A DNA stretch of 64,000 bases, counting the filler, from Octopus bimaculoides (lineage: Eukaryota), in the NCBI RefSeq assembly GCF_001194135.2. It is 4 parts of 3 records of this genome, joined end to end, with 100 filler letters (N's around TTAATTAATTAA, not from the genome) between each part and the next. Parts side by side here need not be neighbours in the genome. Positions count along the whole stretch, not along the records: positions 1 to 13,095 come from NC_068992.1; positions 13,196 to 25,649 come from NC_069002.1; positions 25,750 to 47,986 come from NC_068983.1; 1 more part is not named here. One strand, written 5' to 3'. Of this stretch, positions 12,189 through 26,812 are shown one piece after another. Each line of letters begins with the position of its first letter. The first letter of the stretch is position 1. The position numbers were made by a program, and so were the translations under genes. The notes below the pieces were generated by a model. The model was not told where the DNA came from and made no database searches. It saw only the letters and a list, made by a program, of their open reading frames with translations.

Positions 12189-13051
12189 NNNNNNNNNNNN
12201 NNNNNNNNNNNNNNNNNNNNNNNNNNNNNNNNNNNNNNNNNNNNNNNNNNNNNNNNNNNNNNNNNNNNNNNNNNNNNNNNNNNNNNNNNNNNNNNNNNNN
12301 NNNNNNNNNNNNNNNNNNNNNNNNNNNNNNNNNNNNNNNNNNNNNNNNNNNNNNNNNNNNNNNNNNNNNNNNNNNNNNNNNNNNNNNNNNNNNNNNNNNN
12401 NNNNNNNNNNNNNNNNNNNNNNNNNNNNNNNNNNNNNNNNNNNNNNNNNNNNNNNNNNNNNNNNNNNNNNNNNNNNNNNNNNNNNNNNNNNNNNNNNNNN
12501 NNNNNNNNNNNNNNNNNNNNNNNNNNNNNNNNNNNNNNNNNNNNNNNNNNNNNNNNNNNNNNNNNNNNNNNNNNNNNNNNNNNNNNNNNNNNNNNNNNNN
12601 NNNNNNNNNNNNNNNNNNNNNNNNNNNNNNNNNNNNNNNNNNNNNNNNNNNNNNNNNNNNNNTATATACATATATACTACGTATATGTACATACTTACAT
12701 CTATACATATATATATAAGCATATGTGGGCACATGACGTCATGAAACGTGTACTACAAAAAAATACGAAGCACGAGTACATGGAACATGAACTATTTTTT
12801 CGAACAACGAAAGACACAAATGGAAAACAAAACAAACAACATAAAGAACGACCCTTCATCAGTTGCTGTTTTTCTGAACATTTATACTTATATCTAGGTA
12901 TTCACGCACAGATATGTGTATATATGTATATTCATATATATATGTGTGTGTGTGTGTGTGTGTATGCCTAAACTTATACACACACATATGTACAAATATA
13001 TGCATGAACGCATGTATGTATGCATATATGTATATATACATATGTGTCTGT

Positions 13052-13095
<44 letters not shown>

Positions 13096-13195
13096 NNNNN
13101 NNNNNNNNNNNNNNNNNNNNNNNNNNNNNNNNNNNNNNNTTAATTAATTAANNNNNNNNNNNNNNNNNNNNNNNNNNNNNNNNNNNNNNNNNNNN

Positions 13196-13475
13196 CCTAT
13201 CATAGTAGGTGCCTTAGGTATAATAAAAAAATATTCAGACAAATACATAACAAAGATACCAGGACTTACAAATATATATAACATACAGAAAATTGCACTA
13301 CTGGGTACTGCACATATTCTACGCAAAGCACCTTCAATACAGTAAACATAAGAGCACCACAGCAAACCACAGCACATACCCAAGGCGCACAGAGCTGCGC
13401 TCGGTAGTGAAGTGAAAGCACGTTATAAAAATAAAACTACTGAACAATAATAATAATAATAATAATAATAATAAC
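13196..13475 (+). mobile_element. R4/Dong-like LINE 3' end with (TAA)n tail
   Basis: PIIVGALGIIKKYSDKYITKIPGLTNIYNIQKIALLGTAHILRK, then 3' UTR and (AAT)n. Confidence 0.85.
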
Positions 13476-13519
13476 GGGAGCCAATCCTCAAATACTATCC
13501 TAGACTTTAGCATGCCCAT

Positions 13520-16000
13520 AAATAGTACGTCATCATTCTCATCAAGCTTTCTGAAAGATTCGTATAACTTTTCTTACTGAAAACCAACCATTTTCTAAAG
13601 TGATACTTCGGGACAAATCATATATGCTTGTTTAAAAAATGCTTGAACGACAATACTAAAACGTATTTGACACAATGGACAACAGTCGGAATGTCATAAT
13701 GGATGTATAAATAAGAATTCTTAGTGAAACAACGCATTGGTATGTAAACTAAATATCAACAAATGGAAGAGAGGGAAGAGAACATCACGTTTCAAATAAC
13801 TGAGAACAAGTAATGGTAAGCTTGCGAAAGCTTAATGCAGTTTAAATATGTACATTAAGATGGTTAAGATAGTTTCGTATTGGTTATTATTCGCCCACAG
13901 TGTTCTCCCAGTGAATTTAATCAGAGGGAGATGGGCAGTCGAAATAAATAAATAGACAAAATACTTTCATTTTTATATTAAAAAAAAAGACATTAAGAAT
14001 GTATGGCAGACGCTACATCCCCCCCAAAAAATGTTCTTTGAGGCCCGTTTACGAGGGAACTCTGGGCAAAATGTTTAGTGCGTGACCATACTTGAGACAT
14101 GAGTAATGTGTGTGCAAATTTTGGTGAATATCAGTTGAAAATTGTGGAAATATATGCTTTCAGTGTTCTTAGTCAATTTAATCACAGTCGCTGGTGAACA
14201 GTGGAAATAAATAAGCAGACCAAATCCTTTCATATTTATGAAAAGATTAAAAGTATGGAAGACCCTACAAATTATAAAACAACTGATTAACGCAAATGGA
14301 GACGAATCATCTATTGTTGGTTTCCCATCGTTCTAGAGGCCCTAATATCGATTAAAAGAATATCTAAGTAGGCTATGTTCGGATCTGCGATATGAAGCAG
14401 ATGTGTATAAAACTTTAACGAAATCAAATAAAATATGTAAATGTTATTGAAGTACTTTAAATGTTTGTACACGCACACACACAAAAACACATCCCCACGC
14501 ACAGAGAAAAACTTCAATTTTATAGATATTAGATAATGGAATTATAAGATAATTTACTCACAATATACTTATAGATTAATAATTCTTTATTATTATATTA
14601 CTTAATATAGATGATAACAATTCTAATCAATATACTAAATAATAAGAATAATGATATATATATATATATATATATANNNNNNNNNNNNNNNNNNNNNNNN
14701 NNNNNNNNNNNNNNNNNNNNNNNNNNNNNNNNNNNNNNNNNNNNNNNNNNNNNNNNNNNNNNNNNNNNNNNNNNNNNNNNNNNNNNNNNNNNNNNNNNNN
14801 NNNNTAATTTTGTTGAAACCTGACATGTGAGTAGAACATATGTCTGGAAACATCATGACAAACTCAGATTGCTGAAAGATTCGATAATAGGGGACCAGGA
14901 AGGGATCCTTATATATCTAATATATTTCATTTTAACAATCAAGGGAAATAACCCATTCGTCCAGATTTTAACAACAAAGGGAAGGATCTGCTGATCTCGT
15001 AGTAATACCAAGACCATCATGAATATTTTTCCTAATCTAGTATTTATTATCAAATAAAATTACTGATTCTCTAGCGCCTAAAATTATTTTAAAAATTTCT
15101 TTTAAATAAGGTTAGATCTATTGTTTTGAAACACAAAATCCTGATTAAAAAGTATAGGATTTATAGATAAATAGTAATTATCAATATCTCTTTGTATAAA
15201 TTTACATTTATTTGTATTATCTCTTCCAACAAACCCAATTGATAGATTCCTGCGTATTTGACCATAGTTGAAGTCTCAATTTTCTCCTAAGTGTCGGTAA
15301 ATATTTATCTAAAATACTTTTACTTAGTTTACAAAGTCAGATTGGCCTGGGCAAATTAATCTAACTTTATGGTTAGAATAGAAGTTACCCTTATGAACTT
15401 TTAAAGTTATTCTAGGCCTAATAGGCAAAAATGCCCCTGTCTTGTCATCAAGATCATAATCCTCTATAATCTTATAAGCTTCTAAGTTAATAGACCGTAA
15501 AATATTTTTAATTACTACCTAATAGTTTCTAGTTATTTCATTTTTAACTAGGTGATGATATTTTGATATATTAATATTATACAATTTACCGGTTTTATCT
15601 GACTGGACAATAATTCCAATTTTTGTTTAAAATCAGATACTAATGTTTTCAGATTCTTTACATTTTCATTCCCCATAAGGGGTTACTTAATAAATTTAAC
15701 ATTTCTCACTATATACCGTAAATCATCCTCATATGCCAGGGCTGTTTATTGGTGGAAATTGTTCGGTTTTAAAGTATTTTTTTACAAATTTCAACATCTT
15801 CATTTTGAGAATCAGTTCCTTACTGAAAATCTGTATCATAATAAAATGCTTTCCCACGAATTCTATATATCCTTGGTAGTCTTGATATTTCAGTCTTTCA
15901 TATAATACTCCTTAGGTGGTATACGAATATCTTTTAAAGAAACGTCAATTGGTAATTTCTCCATTTTACCAGCGAAAGACATTAATATTATCACACAAGT
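13520..16000 (-). mobile_element. Penelope-like element, decayed N-terminal plus RT region (interrupted by a gap and other sequence)
   Basis: SLKDIRIPPKEYY; IIVQSDKTGKLY; PRITLKVHKGNFYSNHKVRLICPGQSD; CKFIQRDIDNYYLSIN; IHDGLG...PFLVPYYR; LPFVDI. These follow the PLE RT motif order. Confidence 0.8.
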
Positions 16001-17032
16001 AATATTTTTAAATAAATTCAATACAAGGATAATCGGGATGAAAACATTCAATCTTTCACTTGCTCAAATGTTTAATAGCCAATTTAGTAGAGAAAAACTT
16101 TACAATTGACATGGGTATATATTAGATTTATAAAAAAGAAAGAGAAAATGGAGATATACAATTGTCAATTAAGAAATTAAAATTTATTAACATAATATTT
16201 TATTTATCCTATAATAATATCATATAATAAATAATAAATATTAAATACACATACATGCAATTGTTCCGATTCTTACCCATGATAAAATTATAAAATCCAT
16301 TCTTTGTGGGTAAGAATCTCTATTGTGTAATTTTTTATATATGAGGATTACAGATCCAAGAAAAGACTGAATTTGAATATTTGGTTTTCTAGCGTGAGCG
16401 TTAATAATTAGAAATGAAACAAAGATATCAATACAATATAAAGTATGAACAATAAAATAATTAACGGTCATGAAATATATTTGTATACTATCAGGTATTT
16501 TAATCTAAATATATCCTAGCGCATTACTTTTTTTCAAAATACGAAGAACAATAATAAACAAAATATCTAAAACAAATATTAAAAAAAATATGGCGAAATA
16601 AGAAATATCCATTTCATTATTTCCTATTATCAAAAAATACATGTTATTATAATAACAATACGCTATTTATCTATGGGTAAATAGCAAAATAATATATTAA
16701 AAATACTTTATCATCTCTAGGCAAATAGTAAGTGATATTGCAATAATTGTTTATAATGGTCATTACTAAAGATCAAAGATTAATAATTAAAAATTACTTT
16801 ATATTAGAAAGAAATTTTCTAAAAATGTTTATCATAATAACATAATTATCATAGAAATTAAATAAAGACTGAATTAATCAGTTGTCCAAACAAACAAATG
16901 AACAAATAAACAAACAAACAAACAAACGAACGAACATACATACAAACAAACAGACACACACATATACATACATGCGTACATACATACATGCGTACATACA
17001 TACATACATATCTGTGTTTGTATGTATGTATG

Positions 17033-17596
17033 ACATTATTCAGTTATGCTTCAAGATTTCTTGCCAATAGAGATTGGTATTTAGGCAGTGTATTACACAT
17101 CCAGTGCACCAATACTTTCAGGGGTAAACCATAACTTTTAATCTGGATCGACTAACATTCCTCAATAATTTCTCAATAATTTGCTGTAGGTATTTTCTTT
17201 TTAGCTAATCTTTAACGTTATGTTTACATCGGCAGGGCAGGAAATTCCCACTACTGTATACAGTTTGTATTCTCTATCACAAGTCAATATATTAGGTCTG
17301 TTGTGCATACATTTTATTGAGGTTTTCACTGGGAGATTCCGCCAGTTCGCCTTTTTATTATGAGTGGCTATGGCTCCACCATACTGTAGATTCTTATTTC
17401 TTTATCCTCGGGGTTTCCTTATGACGGAAGGATATACATTGTCCGATGGAAGGATATATGTTAGACATTGTCCTAGCCACAAAATTAGGTATCATTGGAT
17501 ATTAATTTGATGACATTTTCGGACAACAGCATATGATGTGGGTGATAGCTTCGGTGTTAACTTCACAAAGTCTGCACTGGTTATCACATTTTGCTG
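17033..17596 (-). mobile_element. Same RLE-type LINE family, 3' fragment flanked by (ATAC)n on both sides
   Basis: AKCDNQCRLCEVNTEAITHIICCCPKMSS...HNRPNI; homologous to 11322-12050. Confidence 0.88.
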
Positions 17597-17808
17597 TATG
17601 TATGTATGTATGTATGTATGTATGTATGTATGTATGTATGTATGTATGTATGTATGTGTGTGTGTATGTATGTTTGTATATATGTATGCATGTATGTATG
17701 TATGTATGTTTGTATGTATGTATGTTTGTATGTATGTTTGCATGTAAGTATGTATGTTTGTATGTATGCATGTTTATACGTATGTATGTGTGTATGTGTG
17801 TTTGTATA

Positions 17809-17839
<31 letters not shown>

Positions 17840-18875
17840 GCATTGCGGTGTGCGTTGGCCACATATAATTTCATTTGTATCTCAGATTTCTTTCTGCTGT
17901 ACTTAATTAAATTAAGGAAATAAAAAGAATAAATACCATGTGATTAAAAGAAACAGCAATGTAGTAATAAATGAATTGATTGCTTCTGTAATGTAAATGT
18001 TATAAAAACTAGGAGAAATCTTGAAGATTAGCATCAGTGGCATGATGAAAATATCGTCAGCTTTCACTAATACTGTGGACAGAAGAATATCAAAATTTCC
18101 AAGTGTCTCTATGTATAACTTAGAGTAGAATGAGCCAACTGTATGCCAGAATAAAAGCACATTTATATCAGTTCTCATTACCGCCTAAAACGCAATATAT
18201 AAATTTATTCAACAGTTATATACAACACAGAATGACGGATTGGTTATTTCTGAACTGTGTTTAACTATTGGGCTATATATTACAGCAGTGTAGAGAAACC
18301 CATCATATTAATGTAAAACTGTTCCGATTATAACTCAATATAAACACAAACATTAACATGTGTGTGTTTGTGTTTGTGTGTGTGTATGTATGTGCGTGTG
18401 AGTGCATGTGTACACGCAATACGGTCATTCACACATTTTCCACAGGCTAAGATCACTCACAAAACATGGCTAAGTCAACGTTACAAATAGAGGTAGTCGC
18501 CAAAGTTAAGGCGCAGTGGGTCTGAACCCTACACAACAAAACACGTGATGGCAAAACATTGCTAATTTCAGTTAGCAATGTTATATATTGACTTGGAACC
18601 TATTAATAATCAACAGCGATAAGAAACTGTGTGGGAGTCACTTAGTATTTTATGTAATCTATTGATAAAATTATTAACTCTGTTTCTTTTTGAAATAAAT
18701 CAATAGAAATACAGATAGGAAATATAAAGGTACGAATATTAAAAAAAAAAGAGAATTATAAAATAATCATACATATATAGCAAAAACATAGACATATATA
18801 GACACCTCTTTCCTCCCCTTTCTCTGCTTCTGCATACACACACACACACATATATATATATACACATGTACATAC

Positions 18876-19670
18876 ATGTGTACTATAAAATGGTTTGATC
18901 GTGTCATGAGCTTAGCATGGAGTATGGACAGTTTTATGACATCCCAATTTGAAGGTTACCTTCATGCAATTCAAGACCAAGAAATCCTCACCAAATACCT
19001 ACAGCATATGAAGCAGAAGACGCTACTTGACACTAAATGTAGGCTGTACACGACAAAGCCTGGAACCATAAACCACATTATTGCCAACTGCGAGAGAATG
19101 CCTTCCAGATATTATCTTCCCATGCGGCATGGTACAGTGGCCAGAACGATGTGGAACAGAATAGCAAATAAGTAAACATTTACAGACGTGTTTGACTATA
19201 CAGAGACTGGTGAGTCAAAAGAACATTGGTGAAAATTAAAATTAAAACAGCCATCAAGGGAAAACACAACCGACCAGACATTGTTGTGTGGGAATACAGG
19301 GAGATATGTTCTGTTGTGGAATTCGGCAGCATTATGGACACAAATGCGGTTAGAAACATACCTTTATGGACCATTAATTTTACACATCAAATACCAAAGA
19401 TATACTTCCAGTTTCGTAGCTATTTTTATTGGAGCAACAGGATACATACCATCTCGTCTGTAGTAAAGTATTGCTGAACCTGAGATCTTGGGGAGAGAGC
19501 GCAAATCATTAATTCCTACTCTGCAAAAGATCTCGATATTAGGGAATATAAAAATCTGCTACACCATGAAAAGAGTTAAAGGACGATGAATAAGTCCGAT
19601 GTTTTCTTTCACAATCTTGCTACCAAATAAAAATAGCCGGTCATAATTTACTCTCAATTAAAAAAGTGAA
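18876..19670 (+). mobile_element. Related RLE-type LINE 3' fragment
   Basis: EGYLHAIQDQEILTKYL...KCRLYTTKPGTINHIIANC...PMRHGTVAR...KHNRPDIVVW; followed by (CA)/(ATAC)n. Confidence 0.85.
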
Positions 19671-20052
19671 AGAGAACACACACACATACATACATGCATG
19701 TAATATACATACATACATACAAACATATATACATATATACATGCATACATACATGCATACATACGTGCATACATACATGCATACATACATACATGCATAC
19801 ATACTTGCATGAATATGTACTTGCATATGTACACTCATATACACATACTTACATATATATATATATATATATACACATATATACACATTTACATGTAATT
19901 ATATATAAATTATATATAATGTCGATCAACGATGTTTGATTTAGTATCTACATTTCGTTAAATATGTTCCTTTGAAGTCATTAAAAGTTAGATGTTCTTT
20001 AAAATATGGTGTGAATCGAGTATGTATGTATGTATGTATGTATGTATGTATG

Positions 20053-20088
<36 letters not shown>

Positions 20089-20101
20089 GATCTATCTATC
20101 T

Positions 20102-21775
20102 AAGTGATCAAACTCAGCCAAACATGGGCCGAGAGAAAGTTATCTCTAAAAGGCCGGGCGGAGGTGGCTAATATGTATATCGCATCAGTCATCGATTACC
20201 ACCTGACCGTTGTGCCTTGTCCCGATGCCACCATCACGAAACTAGAACGCATACTTTTCCGCTTTCTGTGGAAGGGTGGCGTTCCGATGGTGAGGCGATC
20301 CAATTGCTGTCAACAACCGTTACATGGAGGACTGGGGATGCCGTGGTTAATGATGNNNNNNNNNNNNNNNNNNNNNNNNNNNNNNNNNNNNNNNNNNNNN
20401 NNNNNNNNNNNNNNNNNNNNNNNNNNNNNNNNNNNNNNNNNNNNNNNNNNNNNNNNNNNNNNNNNNNNNNNNNNNNNNNNNNNNNNNNNNNNNNNNNNNN
20501 NNNNNNNNNNNNNNNNNNNNNNNNNNNNNNNNNNNNNNNNNNNNNNNNNNNNNNNNNNNNNNNNNNNNNNNNNNNNNNNNNNNNNNNNNNNNNNNNNNNN
20601 NNNNNNNNNNNNNNNNNNNNNNNNNNNNNNNNNNNNNNNNNNNNNNNNNNNNNNNNNNNNNNNNNNNNNNNNNNNNNNNNNNNNNNNNNNNNNNNNNNNN
20701 NNNNNNNNNNNNNNNNNNNNNNNNNNNNNNNNNNNNNNNNNNNNNNNNNNNNNNNNNNNNNNNNNNNNNNNNNNNNNNNNNNNNNNNNNNNNNNNNNNNN
20801 NNNNNNNNNNNNNNNNNNNNNNNNNNNNNNNNNNNNNNNNNNNNNNNNNNNNNNNNNNNNNNNNNNNNNNNNNNNNNNNNNNNNNNNNNNNNNNNNNNNN
20901 NNNNNNNNNNNNNNNNNNNNNNNNNNNNNNNNNNNNNNNNNNNNNNNNNNNNNNNNNNNNNNNNNNNNNNNNNNNNNNNNNNNNNNNNNNNNNNNNNNNN
21001 NNNNNNNNNNNNNNNNNNNNNNNNNNNNNNNNNNNNNNNNNNNNNNNNNNNNNNNNNNNNNNNNNNNNNNNNNNNNNNNNNNNNNNNNNNNNNNNNNNNN
21101 NNNNNNNNNNNNNNNNNNNNNNNNNNNNNNNNNNNNNNNNNNNNNNNNNNNNNNNNNNNNNNNNNNNNNNNNNNNNNNNNNNNNNNNNNNNNNNNNNNNN
21201 NNNNNNNNNNNNNNNNNNNNNNNNNNNNNNNNNNNNNNNNNNNNNNNNNNNNNNNNNNNNNNAGGAAGGAAAAACGGTTTTTGTAACACTGATAGCTATG
21301 GCAAAAGAATGCGTGTGGTGGACGCGTTTGAAAGGTCTACAAGCAAACACTTTCCTCTCTGGTCAGTCTCTCGTCAACTTTTTCAAGTACCACTTAAAAA
21401 GGAGGATGAGGATAGAGAGGAAAGTGTTGTCGAATGAAAGTTTCAATAAAAAATGGGTAAATGTGGCAAGAATGGTAAGAATGAAAGACGCCACCATTTT
21501 AATCATAGACTTGTAACAAAAAGAGACAAAAAGAGAGAAGGTACTTACTTTCATGTACCTTAAAAAAAAGAAGCCTGAGGTGACCGTTGTCTTTTCTGTA
21601 GGCTTTTCTCTCCACGGATAAACCTAATCTGTTCCCCATTTTTTTTACATTGACTGTGATACACGATCCCTATTGATCGCCCCCCCCTTCCTTTTTTTCC
21701 CCGCGAAAAGCTTTACATTGTAATTTGTCCATTTTCTGTATTTAGCCCTGTGTGGCTATATTAAAAAGATATTTA
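20102..21775 (+). mobile_element. Tx1/L1-clade LINE, 5'-truncated (RT thumb to 3' UTR; middle in gap)
   Basis: WAERKLSLKGRAEVANMYIASVIDYHLTVVPCP...LERILFRFLWKGGVPMVRR...GGLGMP...AMAKECVWWTR; flanked by (TATC)n on both sides. Confidence 0.88.
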
Positions 21776-21805
21776 TCCGTCTCTCTCTATATATATCTCT
21801 TTCTT

Positions 21806-21866
<61 letters not shown>

Positions 21867-21886
21867 TTATCTATCTACATGTCTGC

Positions 21887-21957
<71 letters not shown>

Positions 21958-22452
21958 CCTCTTCCTTTTTATCTATCTGTTTGTCAGTTTCGTTATCTAT
22001 TTTCTATATCTTCAGCAAAATATATTTATATATGCATATTAATTATACGCACACGCACACACGCTCACAAACACTCAAGCAGACACGCACGTATGCCCAT
22101 ATAGACACATATATTCATGCATATATACACAGACTTAATCACATATATATTTTTAAACCCACGTGCTTGTGTTCGATAGATGATGGGAAAATGATTCATT
22201 TTTTACAAAGATCATTTAATTAGCGTCATTAAAATATTGGAGAACATTGCATTATCTCATAATAGAATGTCAATGAAGAGTTCTTTTGTCTTGAAAAGAA
22301 AGCGATAATTTCATTTGATGTAACCTCGTAAATACCAAGAAAGCAGAAAATATATATCTGTGTGTGTCTATATATTTTGCGTTTTTGCGTGTGTATTTAT
22401 TTATGGGTTTGTGTATGTATACATATGACTCTATAATTATACATATAGGGAA

Positions 22453-22488
<36 letters not shown>

Positions 22489-22804
22489 GTATATNNNNNN
22501 NNNNNNNNNNNNNNNNNNNNNNNNNNNNNNNNNNNNNNNNNNNNNNNNNNNNNNNNNNNNNNNNNNNNNNNNNNNNNNNNNNNNNNNNNNNNNNNNNNNN
22601 NNNNNNNNNNNNNNNNNNNNNNNNNNNNNNNNNNNNNNNNNNNNNNNNNNNNNNNNNNNNNNNNNNNNNNNNNNNNNNNNNNNNNNNNNNNNNNNNNNNN
22701 NNNNNNNNNNNNNNNNNNNNNNNNNNNNNNNNNNNNNNNNNNNNNNNNNNNNNNNNNNNNNNNNNNNNNNNNNNNNNNNNNNNNNNNNNNNNNNNNNNNN
22801 NNNN

Positions 22805-22842
<38 letters not shown>

Positions 22843-22877
22843 TGTGTGTGTGTGTGTGTGTGTATGTGTGTGTGTGT

Positions 22878-22932
<55 letters not shown>

Positions 22933-23656
22933 CATTGAGAGATACTTTAATATCGAACGGTGAAAACGCCCCATTAATGAATACATTTTCTTTATTCTTG
23001 GATTAACCAGACTAACAATGGTTTCGTGTTGAGCGAGAAAACATCACAGAGTTGAACGGTGTACCAAAACGATATAACGGAAGAATAAGAAATACCTTTG
23101 AAGTAAGATATAGGAAGTAACCGGCTTCGGTTGGAGACAAAGACAAACTCAAAATCCATATTCAATATGGTATAGACAGTGAAAGAAAGAAACGCGAACA
23201 ACACCGAGATTACCGGGATCATTATTGTTACAGCCTACAAATAGAGGGAGCCGAGAAGCAAATGGGAACAGTGAATCACTAAATATTATTACGTGAAAAA
23301 TGAATTGTTTAAATTTTGGGATTGAATCTTTCCCCTCTGTAATCACAAGCAACAGTTCACACTACGATATTTCAAGCATGATCCATCACCTACATTGCCA
23401 ACCCCAACCTGGAAAAGTGTTTTCTCTGAACGTCAACTATATGGGCATCACGCATCACAAGAAATACAGAGATATCTGGACACGAAACGACGCGAATAAT
23501 CCCGGGAAGCAAGCTGGAGGTCAAAGTATGACATATTAGTGTCGACATCTAAACAAGAACAAAATAAATAATGCAGATACAGAGATCTGTGTATATACAT
23601 ATATATACCGATCTGTCTAATTCTCTTATCCTTACATTTACCTCTATCTATCTACC

Positions 23657-23751
<95 letters not shown>

Positions 23752-24056
23752 ACAGATTTTATGTGTGCATGTGTGCATGTACGAATATGTATGTATATGC
23801 TTCATTTTATTTATAGTAAAATATTACTGACGAAATATGTATTATCCTGTATATTAAATATCTTCGAGGTATGTAAACCACTTGCTAGTAATTTCTTCCT
23901 GTCATAAAACCAAATAAAGAGGAAGGTAAGCGAGTCGTGTTATTTCTGCTGAACTCATGCCGAAGTTTTATTTCTCTTCGGTAAAAAAAAATACAGATGT
24001 CTACTGTGGGCGTGAGGCAGTAGGATGTAGGCCAATGAAAATGCAGTGCATCTATG

Positions 24057-24102
<46 letters not shown>

Positions 24103-24137
24103 GTTATATATGTATATGCATGTATGTGCATGTGTAT

Positions 24138-24169
<32 letters not shown>

Positions 24170-24178
24170 ATATATATG

Positions 24179-24233
<55 letters not shown>

Positions 24234-24286
24234 GTATGCATGTATATNNNNNNNNNNATGTATGTATATATATGTATATATATATG

Positions 24287-24341
<55 letters not shown>

Positions 24342-24481
24342 GTATGCATGTATATAAATTGATAGATATAAATATATATATATAGCTACATGGAGAGACA
24401 GCCAGGCAGGTTAAGAGCGGAGAGATAAATAGAATACATATACATGTACATGCATGCGTTATAAGAGAGAAGCACAAAGAG

Positions 24482-24586
<105 letters not shown>

Positions 24587-25618
24587 AATTCACCTGTGTA
24601 TTACATTATAATTGTCAATTCTAAATACTTGTATAAGTCGTCATATGATGTATTTCTATTGATTTATTTAATGAAATTTCATATATAACTCCATGTGGCT
24701 ACCATATTGATTTTTAAGTGCATTCTTGACTGTTCATTGTCAATTGAAATTGATTTTGATCTAGAATCGAACTGGAAATTTGCTGAAACGAAAAAATATG
24801 GAATATAATTGCTTCCTAAGAATTCATCTTGGATGCTTAAGAAATAATTGTATTCCAGTTGAAATGGAATTCGTTTGTTGTGTGTTACCTTCTTCGCGTC
24901 ACTGAACCAGCATTCCAAATTATAATTCCCAGGTGGCCTGGTAAACAATTTTGACAACAAAGTGCTCAGAGACAGCTATATTCGATTATTGTTTTCAAGC
25001 TGGAAATGATAACATATATCGAGGGACAAGATTTCAGTATGATACAACGGACACAATTCTAGGCAGGTTCGATATCAATCTATTCATTAGCAGCAAATTA
25101 TGCTTAAAAGACGGCTGTACGTTTTACAATTTTGATCTTTTCCATATTCCCGAAAGTTTCAATGTAACGGTTTAGACACTACCCTTCGTTTTCAAGACCA
25201 AAAACTAAGATCCCTTAAATTGTTGTAAAATAAGATTCACAATGAAGTAAATGAGGATCGCTGATCACAGATGACGTTCGTCGTCAGCAATTTTCATGTG
25301 CAGACATCGACTTGTGGGTTTAGAAGTCGAACATTGATATAGCGAACCTAACAGTAATCATGTAGACCTGGCAAGTGTCTTAGGTGTATCTTTCTTTCTC
25401 CTTATCGTTATATTCAAAGAAAACACTCGTTATTAGTTCTTCAGTTTTAATGAATATTCGATTTATTCAATCAAATATTCATTATCTGAAAGTTGTTAGA
25501 TGACATAATATATCTCATATTGGACTGTGAAACACAACAAAGCTTAACCAAAGAAAACGAAATAGTTATATTCAATATTTTAAATCATTCAAAAGTGGAC
25601 AATCTTTTAAAGATCATT

Positions 25619-25649
<31 letters not shown>

Positions 25650-25749
25650 NNNNNNNNNNNNNNNNNNNNNNNNNNNNNNNNNNNNNNNNNNNNTTAATTA
25701 ATTAANNNNNNNNNNNNNNNNNNNNNNNNNNNNNNNNNNNNNNNNNNNN

Positions 25750-26385
25750 TACCTCTATTTCCAGGTCTTTGTATTTTGAAAGTTTTTCCATTTCTTTTAG
25801 GGAAACGTTGTCATCTGCTGGTATTGATACATCAATTAGAAAGCATTTTTTTCTACATGATCTTTGACAACTATATCTGGTCTATTTGCCTTAATTTCTC
25901 TATCTGTGTGTATTGGCATATCCCAGAGTATGGTTGCTTTCTCGTTTTCTGTGACCTTTTCTGGCGTGTGCTTATACCATCTTTTTTCTGTTGTTATTCC
26001 ATAGTGTTGGTATAGCTTCCAGTGTATATGGGTCCCAGCTCTGTCGTGTCTGTGAATATATTCCTTCTTAGCCAGGACTGGACATCCAGAGATAATATGA
26101 TTTATTGTCTCTTGTCCATCGCCACATATTCTGCAGGTACTTGTTATATTTCTTTTCATTATATGTTTTTGGTAATTTCTGGTGGGGAGGCTTTGGTCTT
26201 GTGCAGCTATTAAAAATCCTTCAGTCTCTGCTTTGAGTCCTGAGCTTCTCAACCATTGCTGGGATTTTTCTGTCTATTTCTTTTGCATTTAGTTTAGCCC
26301 AGTATTTACTATGTAGAGGCTTTTCTTGCCATCGTTTTATCATGGTCTGTTCTAGTTTTAGTTTGGATTTCATTTGTTTTACTAC
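25750..26385 (-). mobile_element. R4/Dong-like LINE fragment abutting (TAA)n
   Basis: LKAETEGFLIAAQDQSLPTRNY...CRICGDGQETINHIISGCPVLAKKEYIHRHD...ILWDMPIHTDREIKANRPDIVV, frameshift, then LIDVSIPADDNVSLKEMEKLSKYKDLEIE. Confidence 0.92.
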
Positions 26386-26481
<96 letters not shown>

Positions 26482-26497
26482 CATTATTATTATTTAT

Positions 26498-26690
26498 GGC
26501 GGCGAGATGGCAGAATCGTTAGCATGCCGGGCGAAATGGTTTGTGGAATTTCGTCTGACTTCACGTTCGATTTTGCCTTTCATCCTTTCGGGATCGATGA
26601 ACTAATTACCATTTGAGTACTGGGGTCGATGTGATCGACTTTTCCCTCCCCAAAAAATCTAGGCTTTGTGTCTATAGTAGAAAGTATTAT
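26498..26690 (+). mobile_element. tRNA-derived SINE family C ((TTA)n tail)
   Basis: GGCGGCGAGATGGCAGAATCGTTAGC...TGCCTTTCATCCTTTCGGGATCGAT...CTATAGTAGAAAGTATTATT. Confidence 0.88.
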
Positions 26691-26726
26691 TATTATTATT
26701 ATTATTTTTATTTTATCTTTTTTATT

Positions 26727-26812
<86 letters not shown>

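Noticed and set aside
13140-13151. TTAATTAATTAA islands inside N runs (also 25694-25705 and 48031-48042)
   Set aside because: The same 12-mer with stops in all six frames recurs between N blocks; it is an artificial contig-joining linker, not biology.
24150-24355. Apparent ~100-bp tandem duplication of microsatellite sequence across a 10-N gap
   Set aside because: Typical unmerged contig overlap at a minimal gap.
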